A stretch of 38,295 nucleotides of DNA from Stellaceae bacterium (lineage in GTDB: Bacteria; Pseudomonadota; Alphaproteobacteria; ATCC43930; CGMCC-115725): positions 1-38,295 of the forward strand of contig DASYUS010000083.1 of assembly GCA_036000945.1 (NCBI GenBank), in the 5' to 3' direction. The stretch's first letter is position 1. Each line of letters opens with the position of its first letter. The translations under genes were made by a program, and so were the position numbers. This document shows, in pieces, positions 8,755 through 16,256 of this stretch. The notes below the pieces were generated by a model. That model was not told the origin of the DNA, made no database searches, and was given only the letters and a program-made list of their open reading frames with translations.

Positions 8755-8872
8755 AGCGGCCGCCCCCTCCGGCTCGCTTCGCTCGCCACCTCCCCCGCCG
8801 TGCGGGGGAGGAACCTCCGAGATCCTCCCCGGCTTGCGGGGGAGGGGACCATGCGAAGCATCGTGGAGGGGG
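8755..8872. repeat. GC-rich REP-like intergenic element (family 1), two hairpins
   Basis: Perfect hairpin CCTCCCCCGC-CGT-GCGGGGGAGG lies at 8789-8811. A second, imperfect hairpin CCTCCCCG..CGGGGGAGG lies at ~8824-8844. It shares TCGCTCGCC with the element at 6691. Confidence 0.7.
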
Positions 8873-8939
8873 CACCGTCGGACGCGGCGCATTTGGGTGT
8901 GTTATGCTCCGGGACGTCGACTCGGCAGAGGGATCAGCG

Positions 8940-9797
8940 ATGGCCTATCAGACCCTTGAAGTAAAACCAGTCGCCGGCGCGCTCGGCGCGACGGTCGAGG
9001 GGGTCGATCTGTCGCGCGACCTCGACAACCAGACCGCCAGCGACCTGCACCAGGCGCTTTTGGACCATTGCGTCATCTTCTTCCGCGACCAGCGGATGAC
9101 GCCGGAGCAGCACTTGGCGCTCGGCCGCCGCTTCGGCACGCTCAACGTCCACGAATTCGTCGAGGCGATGCCGGGCCATCCGGAGATCCTCGTCGTCGCC
9201 AAATACGAGGGCGACACGAAGAATTTCGGCGGCGGCTGGCACTCCGACGTAACCTATCTCGACGAGCCGGCGCTCGGCTCGATCCTCTATGCGCTGGAAG
9301 TGCCGGACTATGGCGGCGACACGATGTTCGCCAACCAGTACATGGCCTATGAGGCGCTGTCGCCGGGCATGCGGCGGATGCTCGACGGGCTGACGGCGAT
9401 CCACAGCGCGCGCCACGTCTACGGCGTCGGCGCCGACAACGATTACGCCCGCCTCAAAGGCATCTCGGCGATGAAGATCCACCGCAGCGAGGCAGCACAC
9501 CGCGAGACCGAACACCCGGTCGTCCGGACCCACCCGGAGACCGGCCGCAAGGGGCTCTACGTCAACCGCAACTTCACCGTCCGCTTCAAGGACATGACCG
9601 TCGAGGAAAGCCGGCCGCTCCTCGACTTCCTCTGGGAGCACGCGGTGCGCCCCGAATTCACCTGCCGCTTCCGCTGGGAGAAGGGCTCGATCGCGTTCTG
9701 GGACAATCGCTGCGTCCAGCACTATGCGCTCAACGACTACCACGGCCAGCGCCGCGTCATGCACCGCGTCACGATCAACGGCGACCGCCCGTTCTAA
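8940..9797 (+). CDS. tauD: TauD/TfdA-family Fe(II)/2-oxoglutarate-dependent dioxygenase (taurine dioxygenase-like)
   Basis: GGGWHSDVTYLDEPALGSILY carries the HxD iron ligands. DTMFANQYMAYEALS and IAFWDNRCVQH are also present. ATG 8940 is the first Met of the homologous part of the long ORF 7794..9797. Confidence 0.85.
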   Translation: MAYQTLEVKPVAGALGATVEGVDLSRDLDNQTASDLHQALLDHCVIFFRDQRMTPEQHLALGRRFGTLNVHEFVEAMPGHPEILVVAKYEGDTKNFGGGWHSDVTYLDEPALGSILYALEVPDYGGDTMFANQYMAYEALSPGMRRMLDGLTAIHSARHVYGVGADNDYARLKGISAMKIHRSEAAHRETEHPVVRTHPETGRKGLYVNRNFTVRFKDMTVEESRPLLDFLWEHAVRPEFTCRFRWEKGSIAFWDNRCVQHYALNDYHGQRRVMHRVTINGDRPF

Positions 9798-9811
9798 ATT
9801 TTCCAAGCCCA

Positions 9812-9883
9812 CCCCGGCGAAGGCCGGGGCCCATGACTCGAACGCGCGAGCGGTTGCTCGATGGGTCCCGGCCTTCGCCGGGA
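9812..9883. repeat. Double-hairpin REP element (family 2)
   Basis: CCCCGGC-GAAG-GCCGGGG (9812-9829) and TCCCGGC-CTTC-GCCGGGA (9866-9883) are each self-complementary. They are also inverted copies of one another, separated by 36 nt. Confidence 0.75.
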
Positions 9884-9911
9884 TGGCCCGAGTAGAGTTA
9901 GGGAGCAAGGT

Positions 9912-10745
9912 ATGCCACTGCCCCCGCCCGTGCTCGATCACGTCGTCATTGATGTCCGCGACCGGATGGACGAGGCGGCGCGCGTCTTCGCCGCGCTCGG
10001 CTTCGAGTTGACGCCGCGCGGCCATCACACGCTCGGCTCGATCAATCACCTCGCGATGTTCGCAACCGACTACCTCGAATTGCTCGGCTTCGGCACGGGC
10101 AGCGCGGCTCGCCCCGAGCTGGCGCCGTTCCCGGAGGGGCTCAACGGCCTGGTGTTCAAGACCGCAGACGCCGACGCGGTGCATGCCCACGCCGCGGCCG
10201 CCGGCCTGCCGATCCTCCCGGTGCAATCGTTCTCGCGGCCGGTCGAACTCGGCGACGCGCGCCAGGACGCACGGTTCCGCACGACCCGACTCGACCCCGC
10301 GAAGATCGCCATGGGAAGAGTCTATTTCTGCGAGCACGCGACGCCAGAGCTGGTGTGGCGGCCGGAATGGCAATCCCACCCGAACGGCGCGCGCGCCATC
10401 GCCCGGATCGTCGTCGCGACGGACCGGCCGGGCCAGACCGCAGCGCTGTTTCGCGCGCTGTTCGGCGCCGCCGCGGTGACCGAACATGACGGGAAATGCG
10501 TCATCCCGGCGGGCGCGGCCGAGGTCGAGCTGACGGCGCCGACCGCCGTCGCCGCAGAATTCGGCGGCGCGGCGGCCAAGGCGGCGGGGCGCGGCGAATA
10601 CCTCGCGGCTCTTGTCCTTCGGGTCGGCTCGCTGGCCGAGACATCCGAGCGGCTGCATGCGGTGCCGGGCGTGCGCAGCGAGCCCGGCCGCGTCGTCGTG
10701 CCGGCCGCCGCTGCCTTCAACACGACGATCGCCTTCACGGCATGA
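9912..10745 (+). CDS. VOC (glyoxalase-like domain) family protein
   Basis: [10 protein letters not shown]...[34 protein letters not shown] has the glyoxalase-like fold pattern. ATG 9912 follows GGGAG. The stop overlaps the next start (ATGA). Confidence 0.7.
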   Translation: MPLPPPVLDHVVIDVRDRMDEAARVFAALGFELTPRGHHTLGSINHLAMFATDYLELLGFGTGSAARPELAPFPEGLNGLVFKTADADAVHAHAAAAGLPILPVQSFSRPVELGDARQDARFRTTRLDPAKIAMGRVYFCEHATPELVWRPEWQSHPNGARAIARIVVATDRPGQTAALFRALFGAAAVTEHDGKCVIPAGAAEVELTAPTAVAAEFGGAAAKAAGRGEYLAALVLRVGSLAETSERLHAVPGVRSEPGRVVVPAAAAFNTTIAFTA

Positions 10746-12259
10746 GAAGCTGGCGCAATCTCGGCGATGCGATCGACCGCAGCGGCGATCCCGAGGCGAC
10801 CGCAATCATCGATCTCGGCGGCGAGCCGGTCCCGCGCCACTACAGCTACCGCGAATTCGACGCGCTGTGCGACGCGGTAGCGCGCGGCCTCGCGGCACGC
10901 CGCCTCACGCCCGGCGAACGGGTGGCGATCCTCTCGGCCAACCGCGCCGAGTTCATCGCCGGCTTTCTCGGCATCATGCGGGCCGGCCTCGTCGCGGTCC
11001 CGGTTAACTGGAAGCTGCCGGCGGCGAGCGTCGCGGCGATCCTCGACGATTGCGGCGCACGGCTCGTGTTGTGCGACGCCGCGCGCCGGCCGTTGTGCCC
11101 GCCGAACCCGCCCAGCGTCGCGTTTGACGACGATTTCGCCGCGCTGCTCGATCCGGGAGCCTTCCAAGCCATCGAGCCGGACTCCTCGCATCCGGCGATG
11201 TTCCTCTACACCTCGGGGTCGAGCGGGCGGCCGAAGGGCGTCGTGCTGTCGCACGCCAGCCATTTGTGGGTCGTCGAGATGCGCCGCCGCGCCGCCGGGT
11301 TGCCGCCCGAGCGCCCGCTCGTCGCGGCGCCGCTCTATCACATGAACGCGCTCGCGGTGTGCCAGGCGGCGCTCGCTCAGCACGACACCATCATCCTGCT
11401 GCCCGGCTTTACTGCGGCGAGCTACATCGCGGCGGCCGGCACTCACCGCGCGACGGCGCTGACCTCGGTGCCGACGATGATCGCGATGATGCTGCGCGAG
11501 CCGGAGTTGCTGGCGCGTCACGATCTGTCGTCGGTCCGCGCGGTGCGGATGGGCTCGGCGCCGGTCTCTTCCGGGCTGATGGATGCGGTACGCCGGCGCT
11601 TCCCCGGCGCCGCGGTCGGCAACGCCTACGGCACGACCGAAGCCGGGCCGATCGTCTTCGCGCCGCATCCCGACGGAAGGCCGACCCCCGACCTGTCGGT
11701 CGGCGTCGCCCACCCGCAGGTCGCGCTGCGCCTCGTTGCCGGCGATGACCGCGATGCGGCCGAGGGCGTACTGGAGATGCGCTGCCCGGCGGTGATGAAC
11801 GGCTATCACAACCTGCCCAACGCCACGGCTCGGGCGATGACCGAGGACGGGTTCTACATCACCGGCGATGTGTTCCGCCGCGACGAGGCAGGTTTTTATT
11901 ACTTTGTCGGGCGGGCCGACGACATGTTCGTCAGCGGCGGCGAGAACGTCTACCCCGGCGAGGTCGAGAAGCTCTTGGAGCGCCACCCCGACATCCATCA
12001 GGCGGTCGTCGTGCCGGTCGAGGACGCGTTGAAATACCGGAAGCCGGTTGCCTTTGTCGTGCCGCGGCCGGGTGCGGCGCCGAGCGAGGCGGCGGTCAAG
12101 GCGTTTGCCCTCGCCAACGCCGCCCCCTACCTGCACCCACGCCGCGTCTGGCTGCTTGACGAGATGCCGCTCGCCGGCACCAACAAGATCGACCGCCGCG
12201 CGTTGGCCGATCGCGCCGCCCGATTGGTGTCGGAGGAAACGGACGGAGCCGTCGCATGA
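10742..12259 (+). CDS. AMP-dependent acyl-CoA synthetase/ligase
   Basis: The AMP-binding motif is [48 protein letters not shown] and a C-terminal GTNKIDRR are also present. ATGA overlaps occur at both ends. Confidence 0.88.
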   Translation: MRSWRNLGDAIDRSGDPEATAIIDLGGEPVPRHYSYREFDALCDAVARGLAARRLTPGERVAILSANRAEFIAGFLGIMRAGLVAVPVNWKLPAASVAAILDDCGARLVLCDAARRPLCPPNPPSVAFDDDFAALLDPGAFQAIEPDSSHPAMFLYTSGSSGRPKGVVLSHASHLWVVEMRRRAAGLPPERPLVAAPLYHMNALAVCQAALAQHDTIILLPGFTAASYIAAAGTHRATALTSVPTMIAMMLREPELLARHDLSSVRAVRMGSAPVSSGLMDAVRRRFPGAAVGNAYGTTEAGPIVFAPHPDGRPTPDLSVGVAHPQVALRLVAGDDRDAAEGVLEMRCPAVMNGYHNLPNATARAMTEDGFYITGDVFRRDEAGFYYFVGRADDMFVSGGENVYPGEVEKLLERHPDIHQAVVVPVEDALKYRKPVAFVVPRPGAAPSEAAVKAFALANAAPYLHPRRVWLLDEMPLAGTNKIDRRALADRAARLVSEETDGAVA

Positions 12260-13266
12260 AAGCCCTCGTGTTGCGCGAGCATGGCGCCGGCGGGCTGCAT
12301 CTGGATACGGATTTCCCCGACCCGGTGGCGGGCGCGGGCGATGTCGTGCTCAGGGTGCGCGTCGCCTCGCTCAACTACCACGATGTCTTCACAAGGCGCG
12401 GCATGCCCGGCATCCGGATCGCGATGCCGGCGATCATGGGGCTCGACGTCGCCGGCGAGATCGCCGCGCTCGGCCCCGATGTCAGCGATTGGAAGATCGG
12501 CGACCGGGTTGTCGGCGACCCGATCAACCGCATCGAGGGCGGCCTCACCGGCGAGACCGTGCATGGCGGGCTCGCCGAATATTGCCGGCTGCGCGCCCAC
12601 CAGCTCGTGCGCATCCCGGACGCGGTCGGCTTCGCTGAGGCGGCCGCCTTGCCCTGCGCCTACGGCACGGCGCGCCGCATGATGCACACCAACGGCCATG
12701 TTGCGGCCGGCGAGAAGGTACTGATCCTCGGCGCCTCGGGTGGGGTCGGGGTGTGCTGCGTCCAGCTCGCCAAGGCGGCCGGCGCCACCGTCATTGCGGC
12801 GACGAGCAGCGAGGAGAAGGCGGCGCGGCTGCGCGCGCTCGGCGCCGACCGCACGATCGACTATGCCGCGGGCGATTTTGTCGAGGCAATCTACGCGCTT
12901 TACGGCAAGCCGGCGCGGCGCGGCGCGGGCAGCGACAACGGCGTCGATGTCGTCGTCAACTACACCGGCGGCGACAGCTGGACGAAAAGCCTGCGTGTCC
13001 TCAAGGTCGGCGGGCGCCTCCTGACCTGCGGCGCCACCGCCGGCTACGACCCGAAGGAGGACATCCGCTTCATCTGGACCTTCGAGTTGAAAATTCTCGG
13101 CTCGAACGGCTGGGCGCGCGACGACATCACCGCGCTCCTCGACATGGTGGCGCGGGGCCGGCTCCAGGCCGTCATCGACGACACTTTCCCCCTCGAGCGC
13201 GCGCCGGAGGCCCTGGCCCGTCTCGAAGAGCGGCAGGTCTTCGGCAAGCTGGTGATCACGCCATGA
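12256..13266 (+). CDS. MDR-superfamily zinc-type alcohol dehydrogenase / quinone oxidoreductase-like protein
   Basis: 336 aa. The N-terminal GroES-like segment reads [14 protein letters not shown]. The Rossmann segment reads [27 protein letters not shown]. The C-terminal FGKLVI is typical of the family. Confidence 0.82.
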   Translation: MKALVLREHGAGGLHLDTDFPDPVAGAGDVVLRVRVASLNYHDVFTRRGMPGIRIAMPAIMGLDVAGEIAALGPDVSDWKIGDRVVGDPINRIEGGLTGETVHGGLAEYCRLRAHQLVRIPDAVGFAEAAALPCAYGTARRMMHTNGHVAAGEKVLILGASGGVGVCCVQLAKAAGATVIAATSSEEKAARLRALGADRTIDYAAGDFVEAIYALYGKPARRGAGSDNGVDVVVNYTGGDSWTKSLRVLKVGGRLLTCGATAGYDPKEDIRFIWTFELKILGSNGWARDDITALLDMVARGRLQAVIDDTFPLERAPEALARLEERQVFGKLVITP

Positions 13267-13685
13267 AGAGCCCGCCGCTCGGCGTCGAGGAGCTGCAGCA
13301 GCGCCTCACCCACTCCGCCTTCATCGATTTCCTCAACCTCACGGTGCTGACCGCCGACCCCGAAAAAGGCCAGGTCGTCATGCGCGCCGCGATGCGCCCC
13401 GAGTTCGAGCGCGGCCGCGGCACCGGCCAGTGGCACGGCGGGCCGATCGCCGCGGTGATCGACACGGTCGGCGATTTCGCGCTGGTGATGCTGCTCGGCC
13501 GGCCGCTGCCGACCGTCAATTTCCGTGTCGATTACCTGCGCCCGGCGATCGACACCGCGCTCGTCGTCACCGCGACGGTGCGGCGCAACGGCCGCACGGT
13601 TGGCATCGTCGATGTCGACGTAGCGAACGAGGCCGGGCAATTGCTCGCGGTCGGCCGCGCCACCTATGCCACGGCGGAGGGCTGA
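13263..13685 (+). CDS. PaaI-family hotdog-fold thioesterase
   Basis: 140 aa. HGGPIAAVIDTVGDFAL and the VNFRVDYLRP...GRTVGIVDVDV pattern match the PaaI/4HBT class. ATGA overlap with the upstream gene. Confidence 0.78.
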   Translation: MKSPPLGVEELQQRLTHSAFIDFLNLTVLTADPEKGQVVMRAAMRPEFERGRGTGQWHGGPIAAVIDTVGDFALVMLLGRPLPTVNFRVDYLRPAIDTALVVTATVRRNGRTVGIVDVDVANEAGQLLAVGRATYATAEG

Positions 13686-14606
13686 TCAGACCGCCGGGAT
13701 CAGGTCGGCCGCCTCGCGTCGCTCTGCAAAGCGTGCCTGCGTTGCGTTGATGTCGTCCAGCGTCGGCAGGCTGGCCTCGTTGCCCAGATGGCCGATCGAG
13801 TATGCCGCGGCGGCGCGGGCAAACCGGAAATGCTCGTCCCAGGATCGGCCCGGGCTGGTCAGCACCGAATAGACATAGGCGCCGTGAAAAATGTCGCCGG
13901 CGCCGCTGGTGTCGACGACGAGCTCGTCCGGGACATCGAGCGCCGGCATGCTGCGGTTGCCGCTCGCGCCCTCATAATAAACGAGGCCGCGAGCGCCCAG
14001 CGTCACTCCGCCGACGCGGCAGCCGCGCGACCGCAGATAGGCCAGCATCTCAGGCGGCGACAAGCGCATCTGCTCGCACAACCGCTCGGCGGCTACCGCG
14101 ACGTCTATAAAGGCGAGCAGCTCGTGCGTGTTGGAGCGCAACCCGCCGCCGTCGAGCGAGGTCAGGATCGCCTTCTCGCGGCAGGCCCTGGCGTAGTGAA
14201 TCGCCGCATCCGCCTGATGCCCGTCGACGTGCAGCACGCGGCATCCCTCCAGGTTCAGTGGTGGGTAGGGGTGCTGATAGTGGTCGTCGCGACAGCGGAC
14301 GATGGCGCGCTGGCCGGCCTTTGGCATGACGAACGACAGCGACGATTCGGCGACTTTGCGGTGATGCAGCGCGATCCCGTAGCGCGCCGCCATGTCGATG
14401 AACATCCGCCCGAGCCAGTCGTCGGCGACCGAGGCCAAGAGGTCGGGCGCCAATCCGAGCTTGGCGCAGCAAAAGGCGGCGGTCACCGCATTGCCGCCGA
14501 ACGAAACGGCATAGTCGCGCGCCACGGCCTTCTCGTCGCCGGTCGGCAGCGCGTCCGCCAGAAACGTGATGTCGATGTAGGTCTGGCCGATGAAGAGCGC
14601 TTGCAT
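13686..14606 (-). CDS. PfkB-family carbohydrate/nucleoside kinase
   Basis: The signature VVDTSGAGDIFHGAY (DTxGAGD) and SFGGNAVTAA are present. Start chosen at Met25 (cat 14604-14606), giving MQALFIGQTYIDI. Confidence 0.8.
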   Translation of the reverse strand: MQALFIGQTYIDITFLADALPTGDEKAVARDYAVSFGGNAVTAAFCCAKLGLAPDLLASVADDWLGRMFIDMAARYGIALHHRKVAESSLSFVMPKAGQRAIVRCRDDHYQHPYPPLNLEGCRVLHVDGHQADAAIHYARACREKAILTSLDGGGLRSNTHELLAFIDVAVAAERLCEQMRLSPPEMLAYLRSRGCRVGGVTLGARGLVYYEGASGNRSMPALDVPDELVVDTSGAGDIFHGAYVYSVLTSPGRSWDEHFRFARAAAAYSIGHLGNEASLPTLDDINATQARFAERREAADLIPAV

Positions 14607-14718
14607 GGCAAGAAACGGGTGCGTGGGTTGATGCTGCGTCCAACGGCGCGGCGCCGCCGACACGCTATGTAAGTGCATGCACGCCCGATGCCGAGTGTCG
14701 CGCCGGGGCTTCGGGCGC

Positions 14719-15405
14719 TCAGGCGCCGATCAGCGCCGGCAATTCAGCGAGCGTGCGGATCTCGCGGTCGGGTGCGCCGGGTAGGTGCTCCTTCGGCTGG
14801 CCGTAGCGGTTGCACCACGCGACCGACAGACCGAACGCCGAGGCGGCGTAGGCGTCCCACGCGTTCGACGACAGGAAGAGGATCGTGCCGGGCGGGATCG
14901 CCAGCCGGTCGACGGCGAGCTGATAGACGCGCGGGTGCGGCTTATAGACGCCGACCTCCTCGACCGACAGGACGCAATCGAGGAGATCGGCGATTCCCGC
15001 CTGATCGACCGCCGCACGCAGCATCGCCGGCGAGCCGTTCGACAATATCGCCGTGGTCAGCCCCGCTCTTTTGAGGCGGTGCAGCGTCTCGGGCACTTCC
15101 GGGAAGGCGTCGAGCGCGAGATAGAGGTTCATCAGCCGGTCGCGCAGCCCGGCGCCGCCCAGTTCGAGCCGCTCCAGCGCAAAATCGAGCGCCTCGCCGG
15201 TCACCTGCCAGAAATCGGCGTGCCGCCCCTGCAACGCCCTGAGCCAGCTGTATTGTAGCTGCTTGTCGCGCCACAGCGCGGTCAGCGATTCGGCCTTGCC
15301 GCCAAGCACGTCGCGACACCCGGCCGCGGCCGAGGCGAAATCGAACATGGTGCCGTAGGCGTCGAACACGCACGCACGAATTGCGACAGGCAAGCGATCA
15401 GCCAC
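14719..15405 (-). CDS. Haloacid dehalogenase, type II (L-2-haloacid dehalogenase family)
   Basis: ACVFDAYGTMFD carries the nucleophile Asp motif. WRDKQLQYSWL, ILSNGSP and FLSSNAWDAYAA are also present. GTG start at 15405. Confidence 0.85.
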   Translation of the reverse strand: MADRLPVAIRACVFDAYGTMFDFASAAAGCRDVLGGKAESLTALWRDKQLQYSWLRALQGRHADFWQVTGEALDFALERLELGGAGLRDRLMNLYLALDAFPEVPETLHRLKRAGLTTAILSNGSPAMLRAAVDQAGIADLLDCVLSVEEVGVYKPHPRVYQLAVDRLAIPPGTILFLSSNAWDAYAASAFGLSVAWCNRYGQPKEHLPGAPDREIRTLAELPALIGA

Positions 15406-15423
15406 TGTTCATGCTCCTTGCTC

Positions 15424-15470
15424 TGCGGGTCCCTCACCCTCCCTCTCCCCGCAGGTGGAGCTAGTAAGGG
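15424..15470. repeat. Partial REP-like element (family 1)
   Basis: CCCTCACCCTCCC (15431-15443) is identical to 6757-6769. It is followed by CTCTCCCCGC as in the other copies. Confidence 0.55.
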
Positions 15471-15489
15471 CGAGCCGACCGGAGTTCCT

Positions 15490-15542
15490 CGTTCATATCA
15501 TGAACGCAGGGCTTGACGTTCATTGCTTGAACGCGGTATGTC
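15490..15542 (+). promoter_or_regulatory. Tandem CGTTCA-N5-TGAACG palindromes overlapping a candidate sigma70-type promoter
   Basis: Palindrome 1 is at 15490-15506 (CGTTCAtatcaTGAACG). Palindrome 2 is at 15517-15533 (CGTTCAttgctTGAACG). Candidate promoter: TTGACG at 15513-15518, an 18-nt spacer, then TATGTC at 15537-15542. Confidence 0.55.
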
Positions 15543-15572
15543 CCGTGCCGCGAATGAGGGGCAATTCATAGC

Positions 15573-16256
15573 GTGAGCGAACCCGCCCGGGAAACCGGCG
15601 ATCCGGAAATCGTCCTCGGTCTCTTGACCTCGATCGAGCGCGACAGCCGGGTCACCCAGCGCAAGCTCGCCGGCGATCTCGGGATCGCGCTCGGCCTGGC
15701 CAACGCCTATCTGCGGCGCTGCGTGCGCAAGGGCCTCGTCAAGATGAGCCAGGTGCCGCTCAACCGCTACGCCTATTACCTGACGCCGCAGGGCTTTGCC
15801 GAAAAGAGCCGGCTCACCGCCGAGTACCTGTCGGCATCGCTGAATTTTTTCCGGCGGGCGCGCGGCGACTGCGCGGTGCTGCTGCACCAGTGCATGGCGC
15901 GCGGCTGGCGCCGGGTCACGCTTTACGGCGCCGGTGACCTTGCCGAGATCGCGGTGCTGAGCGCCGGCGAGGCCGGGATTGAAGTGGTCTGCGTCATCGA
16001 CCAGGGCCGCTCCGGGCGGCGCTGCGCCGGCCTGCCGGTCGTCGCCGATCTGCCGGCAGCGCGGCTGGCCGCCGGCCCTGGCGGCCTCGACGGCGTGATC
16101 CTGACCGACACCGAGGCGCCACAAGCGCGTTTCGAGGAGCTGCTGGTGAGCGCCGCGCAGCACGGGTTCGCCCCCGGCGCGATCGTAGCGCCGAGCCTGC
16201 TCGGGGTCTCGATGGCTTCCGCCGAACCCGCCGAAGCGGAGGCCGCAGGATGTTGA
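15573..16256 (+). CDS. Winged-helix transcriptional regulator with a C-terminal Rossmann-like domain (Rex-like architecture)
   Basis: The N-terminal wHTH reads [32 protein letters not shown]. The C-terminal part reads [31 protein letters not shown]...LDGVILTD. The GTG start is at 15573. The stop overlaps the next start (ATGTTGA, 16250-16256). Confidence 0.7.
   Translation: MSEPARETGDPEIVLGLLTSIERDSRVTQRKLAGDLGIALGLANAYLRRCVRKGLVKMSQVPLNRYAYYLTPQGFAEKSRLTAEYLSASLNFFRRARGDCAVLLHQCMARGWRRVTLYGAGDLAEIAVLSAGEAGIEVVCVIDQGRSGRRCAGLPVVADLPAARLAAGPGGLDGVILTDTEAPQARFEELLVSAAQHGFAPGAIVAPSLLGVSMASAEPAEAEAAGC

Noticed and set aside
6691-8872. Possible CRISPR array, considered because of the recurring GC-rich palindromes
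   Set aside because: The repeats are not identical, are not regularly spaced, and are separated by a full-length gene rather than 30-40-nt spacers. No cas genes are present, so they are REP-type elements instead.
6868-8892. 674-aa ORF on the minus strand
   Set aside because: It lies entirely antisense to the well-supported D-aminoacylase gene. Its Arg/Ala/Gly/Asp-rich, low-complexity translation is typical of shadow ORFs in high-GC DNA. I recognise no motif.
7794-8939. N-terminal 382 codons of the 667-aa ORF 7794..9797
   Set aside because: This part is an alternative frame of the aminoacylase gene plus REP DNA, with an Arg/Pro/Gly-rich translation. TauD homology begins only at ATG 8940.
8934-12136. 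623-aa and 604-aa minus-strand ORFs (8934..10805 and 10322..12136)
   Set aside because: They are antisense to tauD, the VOC gene and the acyl-CoA ligase, all of which carry clear family motifs on the plus strand. The translations are Arg/Pro/Gly-rich shadow frames.
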